A stretch of 44,832 nt of DNA from Catajapyx aquilonaris (Eukaryota), in contig KZ538182.1 in assembly GCA_000934665.2 (NCBI GenBank), positions 62,001-106,832 on the forward strand, given 5' to 3'. The translations under genes and the position numbers were made by a program. The notes beneath the pieces were generated by a model, which did not search any database, was not told where the DNA came from, and was given only the letters and a program-made list of their open reading frames with translations. Position 1 is the first letter of the stretch, and the number at the start of each line of letters is the position of its first letter. Below are positions 1 to 12,116 of the stretch, one piece after another.

Positions 1-230
1 CAACATTCAAAGTCATTGCTGTCCTATTAAAATTTCATTGGCCGCAAGAAAAACGTCTACTCGAATCGCCCTCGAGTGATTTGCCCATCTTGTTTAAAAT
101 TATACCTCGTGAATATGTGCATGAAATTGAGGTATTTTTTGGAATCTTTGTTGCAACTGCTTGACTTTATTTTATCTATGCTCTACATATGGATTATTTT
201 GAACTTTTTTTTTTTTGGGGGGGGGGGGGG

Positions 231-241
231 NNNNNNNNNNN
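231..241. other. Assembly gap (11 N) after a poly-T/poly-G run
   Basis: Run of n characters in the sequence. Confidence 0.99.
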
Positions 242-1046
242 TCCCCAAATATATGGATATTATTATTATATGTGAACCGAGTGGACATGTCCGTAATCAG
301 CCGAGGTTGTCCATCCTATCGTGTGATTGTGTGTGCACAGCTTCGGACATGATCGATTGTTTCACTTTATTGGCAACCTCCTCCGGGCAATAATTTTTTT
401 TCCTTATTCCCGCAAAAGGTGTCACTGGGGCGACTCTGTTTTACTGCATATAATGTATGCCCGCCTTGTTTTCTGACTGGAAGTGACGTCAATTTCTGGC
501 TGGCTCGGATGACTGGCCAAACCAGCAGGCCTTTGACTCGTTGTGTGTGGGCCGATCCTATATGACTGTGTGTGTGTGTGCTGACTGCCCTATTTACCTC
601 CTCCTGACACCACACACCAGCAGAGAGAGGGAAAGTGACATCCCGCGCACCATACACACAAGGCCTGGTGTGTACGCAGCAGGTACCGTCCTTTTGTCTC
701 GTCCACTTTGTATAAGACCCTTCCGCCTTTTCCTCTCTGCTGCGATGGCAGTATAATTAACGGCGTCACATAACTCACATTAACCCGTAGCATATTAGGA
801 AAGAGCGTGTGTGTGCCTTGTCTTGCATGTACAGCATGTATATAGAGTGAGCAGTGTGTGTGCGGAAGAAAGTGAACGTGAGCCGACCAATCGGAGACGA
901 AATGAGGCCAGAAGAAGCACGACTCTGCCTCAGTTAATTATTGCACAGAGGAATTGCCCTCCAGGCGATCGAGAGGCCCATCGCAGGGTTTATATGGCCA
1001 TACAACAAAGACCAAGACTCGACTACTCATATCAGTTCACGTGTCT

Positions 1047-1208
1047 GGAGGCGTACACTCATCCAGGTCACTCGCAATCGACAAAGTCGATTGACGTCAA
1101 AATGACGTCGCCAATGATGACCAGGGCTGGGCGAGGAGAATTGGCGACGTCATTTTGACGTCAATCGACTTTGTCGATTGCGAGTGACCTGGATGAGTAT
1201 ACGCCTCC
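1047..1208. mobile_element. Near-perfect foldback/MITE-like inverted repeat (~69-bp arms, 24-nt spacer)
   Basis: 1047-1115 (ggaggcgtacactcatccaggtcactcgcaatcg...cgccaat) is the reverse complement of 1140-1208 with one mismatch. No clear TSD. Confidence 0.7.
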
Positions 1209-1265
1209 TGGTCTTCACAAACTTATTGTGGCGACGGTGGACCTCGGACTGTGCAGCAGTTGGGA

Positions 1266-1433
1266 CCTCCACCACCGTAGACCGCAGGCCGAGAAAAAAG
1301 CGAGAGAAGAGAGTGCCTTTCTAGGAAAATGCGAGCGAAACGAGTGATTTTCTAGTTCATTTAAGAGAATTGTAGAAAACCACTCGCTTCGCTCTCTTTT
1401 TCCTAGGCCTGCGGCTTACAGTGGTGGTGGAGG
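1266..1433. mobile_element. Degenerate inverted-repeat (MITE-like) element
   Basis: cctccaccaccgtagaccgcaggccgagaaaaaagcgagagaagagagtg pairs imperfectly with cactcgcttcgctctctttttcctaggcctgcggcttacagtggtggtggagg. The gagcgaa.cgagtg.ttttcta subunit is also repeated internally. Confidence 0.55.
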
Positions 1434-2264
1434 CCGCAACTTGCTGAGTAGTCCAAGTCCACCGTTGCCCCCCAGGCACGGCAACCCCCCAGGCGTAACA
1501 TGTGCAAATTCCGCCAAACCCCTTTTTCATTCCATTATTGGCCACCGCCTCTATGATAACAACAGTGCAACACGACAATTCTGCAACACGCAGATCGTGG
1601 GAATAAATCGGGCAAGGTCCTTGAAAGGGGCTCCAAGCATCACGTGCTGATCTCTTTCTTGTTTTTTTTTAACAATATTTTTTTGCGTGGTTTTGTGTTG
1701 ACCTGAAGGATGGGGAAGAGGTCATCCTCCTGGCAAAAAGGCTTGCCTCCCCTATAGTCATTATGTTACCAGGAAATGAATCGTGGTTCGGACTGATGAG
1801 GAAAAACCAGTCGTGAAAATGGGAAATTGTTGGGGTCCGGGTAAGTTGCCAAGATGTATGACTGACACGAGGAGGAGGGTGCGAGCATGTAGACCGATAC
1901 TTGCTTGGTCGGGGGGAGGGGAAGTCATGCTGACGATGAGGTATAATATGAAGCAGGAATCGAGGGTAAGAGGAACTCGACGGAAAGGAAGGGGCTCGGT
2001 TGTTGTCAAGAGGCTGATTGGAAAAGGGAAAGTGAACCAGTTGAAGGTGATGGGAAGAGGGGGGGTGTAATTATTATACAAGTACACAAAAGTGGGAGGG
2101 TGTGGAGGGAGGCAACGACTAATCGGCCTCATATCGTTCATGTTATCACCAATCACTATGACACTGCATCATTATCACACCAACCAGTCAATAATTGCAG
2201 CCTGCTCCGTCTGTTCCCAGTGTCTCGTTTGGTGCTGGCGCTTCACCTTTGACCTTATTGGGCC

Positions 2265-5022
2265 ATGTCGAGCCTGGTGGAGGACCCAGGGGCGGACACC
2301 TGGGAAGGGTTGGACCTGAACCGACTGGGGATCGACCAGGCGTATCTGAGGGTCGTCAACAAGGACCAGCAGCCCCTCTGGGTCTACGGACTATCCCAGG
2401 ATTGCTATCAGGTGGGCAGTACGTATAGCAGTATAAAGACCATGTCCACTGTGCTTATGCAGTACACACTGTAGTGTGACGAGTGCAAAGAAGCGTCAAC
2501 TGTACGTAATAATTGCGAGTGTCGTCAGAAGTCATGAAAGTCAATCGTCGTGACGAGTGTGTGACCGTGATGTACTTGGCCTAGAAAATAAAGAGTGTCA
2601 CACAGGCTAGGTATTGAACTTAACAAGCAAGGTGACAGAAATATATACACCCCCTAATTAAGGTTGGGTGTACCGTAAGGGCGAGAGTAATGACACTGTA
2701 ACGCATTACCTTGAACTGGTGTCCATGGAGCGGAACTTTGAGCCAAAGAAAGAGAAGAAGGTGGTGCAATTACACACTTGTTACGTGTCGCACACACAGC
2801 ACCGATGCATGCACCATATCAAATATTTCGCAGAAAGTCGCGAATAAATGCTCGTCCAAGGTCGTCGCTGGTGGAATTTTTTGACTAATTTTATCGTGCA
2901 ATAACATTGGGGGGTGGGAACCAGTGTCCTTTTCAGAGGCTGGAGGAAGATGGGGTTCTTCCAGGAGGCAACATCACCCTGGTGGTCAGCACCCAGAGGG
3001 ACATGACCCTGCGTCTCCGAACAAACTCCTCCGAATTCCTGGCCCCTGAAGACCCCTCACATGACCCGTAATAAGATTCGCAAAATTTAGCCACCCTCGC
3101 AGCCCTTTCATTGTCCTCCTCGTCACCTTGCAGGTGGTCCTTCTGCCAGGTGTGGGCTCCACTCGACGAATTTGGGGTGTACCAAGTGGAGGCCACAGGT
3201 CAGGACTTGTGCCACCTGCATCAGGTCAGGCAGCCAGTCAACATCTACTTTGGTACGTACAGAAATGAAATATGTTTCGGGAATAAATCAACTGGTTTGA
3301 TGCAGCCTTCCTGGTGTGCATCCTGGTGTACCTGGGCCTGGTCGTGGGCTGGAGGCTGGCCCGCGGGCTGCCCGGCCTTTGGACCCGGTGGAGGGGGAAC
3401 AGCGTTGACCTCCACTGCCAGCCCCGCACCCCACAGTCATCCAGTGACCAGCTGACAGGTGCTCCTCCGCCATCAGACAAGAAGCCCAAGAAGAGGCTCA
3501 AGTCACTCGACACCTTCAGGGGGTACGCATCGGCCACGTTGTTCGTTTGTTTGTCCAGCAGGATGCGGGATTTTGTCTCGTTATTCTTCTGTTAATTAAC
3601 ATTTTACAGGATGACCATCATCGTGATGATCTTCGTGAACGACGGCGCCGGAGACTTCTGGTTCATGAACCACTCCACGTGGAATGGCCTGCAAGTTGCA
3701 GACCTGGTGTTTCCATGGTCAGCGCGTGTTTGTTTGATTTAATAAGTACTTGTGTAAGAGACCACGTACCAACTTGTATTAATTTATTATCCTATAATAT
3801 AGGTTCATGTGGATAATGGGCGTTTGCATCCCCATCTCGATGAGGTCCATCCTGAGCAGGGGGACGCCTCGAGCCAAGATCATGCGCAAGATCCTCAAGA
3901 GATCGCTGACCCTCTTCGCGTTCGGCCTCTGCCTCAACTCCATCGACCACCTGAGTCTGGAGAAGCTCAGGATCATGGGCGTCCTGCAGAGGTTCGCCGT
4001 CACCTACTTGGCGCTGGCAACAATGGCCATGCTGCTCCAGAGGCCCGTCACCACACCGCAACCCACGCAGGTGAAGAGTCGTGCTGCTGATCATATCTAC
4101 TGATCATAGACGGCCATATAAGCAGACGGAGAGAACAAGGGGATTAGTAGTATTATTGTCTCCTCCTCTCCAAACAGAACAAGGCGGTGGTGATGCTGAG
4201 GGACGTCCTGGCTCTGGCTCCCCAGTGGGCCATCATGCTGGTGGTGCTGCTGGTGCACCAGATGATCGTCTTCTTCCTTCCAGTGCCTGGATGCCCAACG
4301 TGAGTTCACTTTTCTTCAGCAGATTGATGTGATTATTTGCATTAATTAAACCCATACATGGTAGGGGCTACCTGGGACCTGGTGGCATCCACTTGGGAGG
4401 GATGTACTGGAATTGCACTGGAGGTGCGACGGGTTACGTGGACAGGGTGGTGCTTGGGCTGGCCCACGTGTACCAGCATCCGACCACACAGCCGGTGTAC
4501 CTGACCGGTCCGTACGACCCCGAGGGACTGCTGGGGTGCCTGACCAGCGCCTTCCAGGTCTTCCTGGGAGTCCAGGCAGGAACCACTCTCCTCCACTTCC
4601 CGGGGGACGAGTGGCGGCCCAGGGTGCGACGGTGGGTCGCGTGGGGCGTCTTCTTGGGCGTCGTGGCAGCCGTCCTGTGCAAGTGCTCCGCTCAGGACGG
4701 ATGGGTGCCTCTGAACAAGAACATGTGGTCCTTGTCCTTCGTGCTGGCCACCAGCTGCATGGCCTTCCTCCTCCTCTCCTCCTTCTTCGTCCTGATAGAC
4801 GTCCTCTCCTGGTGGGACGGCACCCCCTTCTTCTACCCAGGGATGAACAGCATCCTCCTCTACATGGGACACGAGATCATGAGCGCCATGCTGCCATTCC
4901 ACTGGGCCATCTTCGCAATGAGGACGCACTCCATCAGGCTGGCAGAGAGTCTATGGGTCGCACTCTTGTGGGTCATCGCCTCAGTCTTCTTCTACAAGAA
5001 GGGAATCTTCCTCAAGGTCTAA
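2265..5022 (+). CDS. HGSNAT: Heparan-alpha-glucosaminide N-acetyltransferase, 8 coding exons (2265-2411, 2925-3067, 3134-3252, 3306-3522, 3610-3717, 3803-4070, 4178-4299, 4365-5022), ~593 aa
   Basis: All GT-AG junctions join in frame (1782 nt). Family motifs: luminal DQAYL...CYQ|CPFQ, RLKSLDTFRG, MIFVN, HSTWNGLQVADLVFPWF (catalytic His), LRIMGVLQRF, PGCPTGYLGPGG, NCTGGATGYVDR, YDPEGLLG, PLNKNMWSLSF, GMNSILLYMGHE. Confidence 0.96.
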
Positions 5023-5334
5023 AGAACACTTGACCACAGTGCAGTCCACGGTCCTGCATAGATCTGATTTGAGGAATTATATTTTGGTCCAGGTTAAGCT
5101 GTCGTATTGGGATGCGACGTAATGTATCCAGCTGCAACAATGGAGATGAACGTATATACAAAACTTCCACTTACGACTGTCGTATAAGGACGGTAGAAAT
5201 GCAGTTATTTTGATGTACGTATAGTCCAGAAGCGACTGGAAAGTTCCATAAAGAAATGCTTCAAAAATATATGGATCCCAGGGACGAAATGCAATATTGA
5301 AGCTCTAATTCCGCCTATAAAAATTTTCGACTTT

Positions 5335-5665
5335 TTCCACTCTATTTGAGTGATTTTTCACTCTTTCGCCTATACGAAACCCTTGCGGTTTGACTCCCAC
5401 TCTATTGGAGCGACAATCACTCGATCACTTGAGTGATTTTCATTGGGAATGAGTAATCATTTCACTCAAAGTGAGTGAAGTTTTACTCACTAAAAGAGTA
5501 GTCTCCCACAGTCCCACTTATTTCCGCTCTTCTTTTGAGTAATATTCAACTCGATCAGAGTTTAAATATTTCCGGAGTGAAATTCACTCAAAAAATAGAA
5601 TTTTTTAAAAATTTTCGAGTGATTTTTAGTCGAAAATTTTTAGAGAGTAATATCACTCCATTTGA
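5335..5665. repeat. AT-rich tract with many cactc/gagtg motifs in both orientations; probable non-autonomous DNA transposon remnant
   Basis: More than ten copies of cactc/gagt(g/a) (e.g. ttgagtgatttttcactc, ggagtgaaattcactc), ending near ttttagagag. Resembles subterminal repeat arrays. Confidence 0.4.
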
Positions 5666-5875
5666 GTCTGATCATGGTCTGATCTTTCCACTTCTCATCC
5701 CAATGCTATTTGGTGTATGAAATAAGAGACACATTAAACGGCGCATTCAAGCTCCATGTACTGACTCATTATTTGATATCGAGTACAGTCTGTTGTTATC
5801 CTCAGTTTCACACAATTACGGTCATAAACTCGCAATAAATATTGGCGAGAAAAAAGAAAGAAGAATGGACTAAAA

Positions 5876-7206
5876 ATGGCGACGCCCGTGAGCCGACCCA
5901 ACCCGTGCTATTCACATTAGTATGGATCCAACATGGCGGCGCCCTGTCAACTCGGGATTGCGACGCGTCGAACATGAAGTGACCTTTTAGGCCCTGGGTT
6001 TGGCCCCTGGGCCGCCCCCTAGTCCGTCCCAACCACTGCCACGAACAGAGGAAGCGATGAAGATTCGCAGCGGAGGAGGAGGAGGGGCCGCCACCCCGAC
6101 ATCCTCGGCCTCCATCCCATGGGCAGAAGATGTAAGAATTCAATCACTTATTAGAATGACTTATTAGATGATCCTTGAGACCTGTTGCGACAATCACAAT
6201 GAACTGTTTCCAGGCCCAGCATGACCGCCAGACTGAGCAGATGCTGCAGGAGCTTCTGGACAATGCGCTGGACACCTGCCTCAATTTGGTTCCAAAGAGG
6301 AAGGGTGACGACGAGGACGACGACGAGACCATGTCGGACAGCAGCGTTCCCCCAACGTCCTCGTCGCCTATTCCCTGGACCGAGACTGTTGCCGCCAACA
6401 TCAGGGTCGGTGGCCTGCGAGGGACCCCTGCTCCTGTTTACCGCAACCTTCCGACATCCCCGGCGTCTCAGTCTAGTACGGACAGCGGGAGCCACAATAA
6501 GGGGTCCTTATTCTTTCCGTCCGCGACCACAATGTTGTCTAACGATAAGGAAAATGAGGAGACAATCGCGCAGCATGGTCCGCCTATTAAGACAGAGTCG
6601 CCGGAGCCAAGACCTGCGGAAGAGCAGGTGATGGAGGATGACCAGGAGTGGGAGACCATGGTGGGCAACACCAACGACGAGGATGGATCGCCACCAAGCC
6701 CGGCCTCACTATTGCGGACGCAAATCCAGGCCGAGCTGGCCAAGCGGTTGTGGCCTCGTCTCTGGGCATGGGTCCAGCAGGAGCGGGATGAGTACAACTC
6801 TTCCAGGGTGAAGCCTGGTAGCGCCACCCCAGTCAACAACAACGAGGAGGAGCAAGGCGCCAGGCCCAAGTCATCCAAAAAGGCGGAGAAGGGTGCCAAC
6901 GGAGTGTCGCTTCCGCCACTGATGGGCTCAGGCCTGCAGCTTCAGCCCAAGACAACGAAGCGGAAACCCAGGAGGAGGCGCCAAGAAGCGGCCAAGGAGC
7001 TGCTGCCACCCATCGACACCCCAGGCGCTGGGTCAGCCCGGCCCCAGTCCCGCCGTCCGCCAACCACCCTCCTGTCATCAGCGGACAGCCTGCAGGTTCA
7101 GGGACAGAACTACAAGGTGTGGCGGCCCTGCAGGGAGGCCTACTTTGCCCGCCGCAACAGGATGCTAGGGAAGGACAACAACGACCTAACCCGTCCGCCA
7201 CCATGA
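5876..7206 (+). CDS. Uncharacterised 3-exon protein (5876-5887, 5991-6131, 6214-7206; ~381 aa), possibly a divergent FAM149 family member
   Basis: ATG GCG ACG CCC|gtgagc...ttttag|GCC and GAT|gtaaga...ttccag|GCC are both phase 0 and join the 343-aa ORF; ATTAAA follows at ~7309. Motif order W..D..HDRQTEQMLQELLD, W.ETVAANIRVGG, SPASLLRTQIQAELAKRLW recalls FAM149/DUF3719 from memory only. Confidence 0.65.
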
Positions 7207-10200
7207 CGTCCCACTTGTCCGTTGTAGCCGTCCATAATTTTTTAAAATTCCTCCTTCTACACATTCCAATTGTTACCGCATGATCTTGCAATTATTATTA
7301 TTATTATTAATTAAAAGTTGTTTATTACTTGACCTTGGCTACTGTATTCAAGGCTTAATGTGTCCACCAGATGTCTCTAGTGTGCCGCACTGGTCGCCAC
7401 CTGTCGCCTGCAGTTGGAACTTGGTCCTCGTGTGTTCTTTTTTTTTTCATTTATCAAAATATCAATCAGAGAAAAGCAGAAGACAGAAAGTGTTCGATTG
7501 CAACGGAACACGCCGGGTACACACACTGGTTCCTGCCTCGTCGTGGCTCCCGTGGCTGACCCTGAACGACGGTACAGGTAACGCCCCCATGCACTGACCA
7601 CTTTTTGAAATCAGCACTTAAAAATATGCATGACTTACATACATTATGAGTCATTGCACAGTTATTCCGAAGAGTAAACAACCTCTGGGCACACACTTTA
7701 TAAATATAGTTGAAGGCCTGCTTGCTTGAAGAGGTGCATTGGCAACACCTGGCCGTCACCAGGAGTGCCAACGCCACATCTGAAGTTGGGAGGCACTCCA
7801 CTGTAGTAATCCGCTCTTATTCAGATTGTGTCGCCACTTCCATCATTTCAAACTGGCCGCATCGTTGCATTTAATTCTGTAAAATGTGCCTGGCCGTACA
7901 CATCAATTTTCATACGTGCATTTTAAACGATCGGCATGACAACAGTTGCATTAAACGATGCTCTTGATTACGCAGCATCCCTTTAAAAAATATATATATC
8001 GAGACATGCTGGCAACTATTGCGACTAACAGACAATAACGAGTCAGTTGCCAATGTATGGTACATGTTACACAAAAATGTATTTTCAAAACGTGCTATTG
8101 ATGTCAGTGTAATGGCCGTACGTGACCCTTGATTGGGTCTCGACCTGGCAGGTTTGGGAACCGCTACTTTTCAGCATGATTTGCCAGCTTTTTCCATTGC
8201 AACCAGATGCAAGCTGTTGTTTAATTGTAGGGTGTTGCGTAACAACTGGTCAATCCACATTGGAGCGGAAAAACTATGCCTCCTTGTTGTTGCACCACCG
8301 TACAGTTGAACCAGGCTGATATCTGCATGTCATGTTATATATATGCCTTGCATTTAAACCTTGACCAATTTGCACCGTGCAATCGTATCTAATCTTATGA
8401 ACCGCCTACACTTTTACTTATGTTTGATTCCTTTTGTTAGCATTAGCAATCAGATTTTTGTTTCCTATTTTTGGCTGCCAGCCGTTACTTTGTTGCTAGA
8501 CCCGCATTGCGTTGGGCATGCGTTGCTGCAGATGCCGCCGTCGCCATGGGTGCAGTGCAGTCCAATAAGCCGGTAGGATTTCATGTGTACCACCCAAAAA
8601 CCACTTCATTTGTTGCTCTCTCGCTTTGAGGCTTTCCCCTGGCCATCATGCACAGGAAATTGCTTTAACAGCTGTGGATAATGCTTCCTTCTTTGGCTGG
8701 GTCATGTTTCACCAGCTGCTCCTTTGATTGGCAACTTTTTTCGTGACTTTTTTTTCAGTTGTTGCATGCATAAACTTTGCTTTCTTAGGAGGCTAAAATG
8801 GGGCTTCTTCTTCAGCCAGCTGGTGTAAGGCTGCGGTGATTCAAGGATAATCCCACCAACAGCCTCTTGTAATGAGTGTCACAACCCAAAAATATGTTTC
8901 CTGGTAGGATTCGTTGCATTGTGGCAAGCTTACCATTGGGAAACGTTGCCCTGAAGTCTATCGACCGCAGGAATTTGGGAAGTTGCAGTGGGAATGTTCA
9001 GCATTGAAACTGACAATATTGGCCGCTAAAGACTTCCATTACCCAAGTTTAATAAGTCAAAAGCTATAGAGTCATTGACTTGTGGTTTGGCGCATGCCGC
9101 TTTATGCCACGTGAATTTGAAGTGTGATGTGAGTAAGTAGACCAAATTACAAGGTGATAATCTCCATGGACACACTGATTAGGGCTATGTGCACAGTCGC
9201 ATACCTGTATGCACAAACATTGTGGAGCATGTGCACTTTGCGCTGAAACAAACCTGGGTGTGACAGGCATGGTTGTATGGCCCACTTGTTTTCCACACTG
9301 AAGTAAAACTGTCACCGCAAGTGTAATGTACACATACATGCAATTTGTCTGTAGTTGCGGGCCTGCCCAAAAGGGGCTGAAAAGGTGTATGGGCTAATGC
9401 TAAATATGCTAATGTCAATAACTCCATTACTCTTGGTTAATAAGGTCCATTATCACCAAGCCAAAAAGTGTAATCTGGAAAGTGGGTCAGGTGTGTTTAT
9501 TAAAGGAGTGTACCTTGCTAAAATTATGAGATACTCATTAAAATTGTATCGTGGAGCATATTTTTACCAGTGCTGCGACACAGTTGAAGACTGCTGTACT
9601 CTTATTCTGCTAATTGTCCACATTCTTTGTGCATGTAACGAACATGTTGATTTCTGACCACTCGATAATATTTGTTGTATAGGTCAATTTTTGAGTATAC
9701 GATAGTTGAAATTGTCAAGTGCAAGTAAATGTCTCGCCATTGTAATGCTATGGACGACGGGGGTCCACGACCTTCCCCAAATACTTCTTCTTCCTTGCAA
9801 CAAGTCAATGTTTTCCAGGGAAGCAGTGCAGGCTCGATAAGTATGCGGATCAGGGTTGCTGTTGGTGTGTCACAGGCACCGGGAGGGAGTGTGTCCCACC
9901 TGTCACGTCCGGAAAAGTCGATTTGTCGTTAAGGAAGGAAAGAACCGGTTTATGGTTTTGTTCCCTCGGAAACTTTCAGGTTGTTCAATCCTGCCTGAAG
10001 TCACTCTCTATTTACTCACATCACTCGACATATTTTGGTTAGCACTTTTGTCAACCACAGTCTGGGAATACCCATGTTGGTGAGAGAGACTCCCTGAGGG
10101 GGTTTTCCCAACAGGAGTTAAGAGAGAGAGAGGCGGAGCATATTTTCGGCGAAATTACCTAACAAGAAGTGTATGAAGTAACACACACCCCTTAATTTGC

Positions 10201-11669
10201 TCTTTATCGCGTCCACTTATCGGCAATTAAGCCGCTTGAACTGCGGCTTTGATTCCAATGCCATCATCATGTTCCAAGCAAGTCTTGATCACTGGAGCGA
10301 TGCACACTCTCCGCGCTTTTATTATGTGTGTGTGTGAGCGTGTGAAATTAAAAGTTGCGGGGGTGTGATTAATGGACCCCGTAAACTCAATCAGTGCACG
10401 TGCAAGTTTCTCATCCGGTCAAGAATGGGAAACAATTTAAAAGGCCAGCCGCTCATTTGATGGGGCGCTTCCTCCAACTTGTTTTTGCGTCACTTCCGGA
10501 GTGAATCGTGATTTGCGAACAAGTCGAACACAAATATGCATATTTTTTTGCAGTGCATATAGTGAGACTGCAGCGCAGTGCAATAGACATCAATTGTCCG
10601 ACCTTGATTCTTGGACAGATTTTCGATCCCTCCGAGCCTATTCTTTGCCTTTACAGTGTACACTGATGGGGCCATACTGCAACTCCGCAATCTACCACCC
10701 ACCCACCCACCCAACCCCCTGAAAAAAAATCCCCAGCTTTTTTTTTCCTCTCTCTTCCGGACCCCCGTTTTTTCTTTACAATCTTCCGACATGACATATA
10801 ATGTCGCCAGCCAGCTGTCGTCGCCACCAATCCAGTACAACTGTAGTAAACGCGACTGGAGCTGCTGCCTCTAAGCCCATTGACTCCAGACTCCGGAATT
10901 TATTCATTAACACTTCGGAATTAATTACTCGCGCTTTTCTGCACACCCAGTCCAATTTTTTTAAATATACAAAACAGGAAGTTTGTCGGTATGTCACGGA
11001 GCTACCTAACCCACTTCCGTACATCTGAGAGTGCTGAAACTGGGCACACTGACGTCTTGAGACTGAAGCCATTCAGTGTGCCAAGTTTCATCACTCTCGG
11101 GAGCACGGAAGTGGGTTATGTAGCCGTGACATACATACATATCGACAAACTTTCTGTTTTATATATGAAGTGCTGTTGATTCGGGTTTCAGGGAAAAGTG
11201 AGGGTAAATCAGTGCCCAAAATTTAGGATTTTTCTGGTCCACCCATAAGAAAATCAATCCGCGAATCATGTGGGCCTGTACGCAACTGTTCCGGTCCAAA
11301 TGGCACTCGAAAAGTGGGCATCTTTCGGCTCATTTCCAGCTGCTGAATGGGCGTGAAAGTTATTAGGGATGGCCCATTTGCGCGAATGGCTGACTATTGG
11401 CCTGGAAAAATTATAATAAATTATAGCAAGGCGTTGGATGTCACCGTGGTATATGTATGGTCAGGGCCAACAACCAGTCTTAGCCGCAGGTGATTACAAT
11501 AAGAGTACGAGGTCACTAGACCGAACTGACCCCGAACCGCCCTTTTCCCATCAAGCAGCAACGCAACCTGTGAAATGAGCCAAGTGCTGCAATGATGCAA
11601 TCCTGATGATCACTCACGTTACGAGTCAATCACGTGCGCCTTCAACTTCACATGCTGATGGACACTATA

Positions 11670-12116
11670 CAGGGTGTATCAGAACTCTACCGTAAGCCAT
11701 GTGCCAATGGCATAAGGGGCACCAGAGCATCATTATATGTAGAGGGGTCATCATGTCTAGGCAGCCACATCACGTAGATAATTGATCATTTGCGAAGTAG
11801 CGATTGCGCTTAAGCGTGATTGTAGAATAGCAGTGCGTCTGGGGGAACTGCATTCTAAGAGCCCTCAGTGACTACCCCAATAGCAGTGTGGCAGTAGCCC
11901 CCCAGAGAATAGCTGCGACATCACCTGTGACGCGATTGGCGGCTGAAGGTTTGCATACCTGCCAGGATATGTTATACCTTGGTTATACCTATTGGTTGAG
12001 GTCAATTATCTCGGTCATGCGGCGGCCCAGGCCTATGATTCCGATACTGTAAATGATCATCTGCTGACCATTACGCCATTGGCATATGGCTTACGGTAGA
12101 GTTCTGATACACTCTG
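11670..12116. mobile_element. Tc1/mariner-type MITE, 447 bp, ~45-bp TIRs, TA target-site duplication
   Basis: ta|cagggtgtatcagaactctaccgtaagccatgtgccaatggcataa ... ttacgccattggcatatggcttacggtagagttctgatacactctg|ta. No transposase ORF. Confidence 0.9.

Noticed and set aside
5335..5665. Repeated motifs as a CRISPR-like array
   Set aside because: Eukaryotic context, motifs are short, irregularly spaced and in both orientations, and there are no cas genes.
10801..10995. ORF ending at a gtatgt donor as candidate first exon of the CCSER-like gene
   Set aside because: Its phase does not give an open frame with the next candidate exon at 12302; unsupported.
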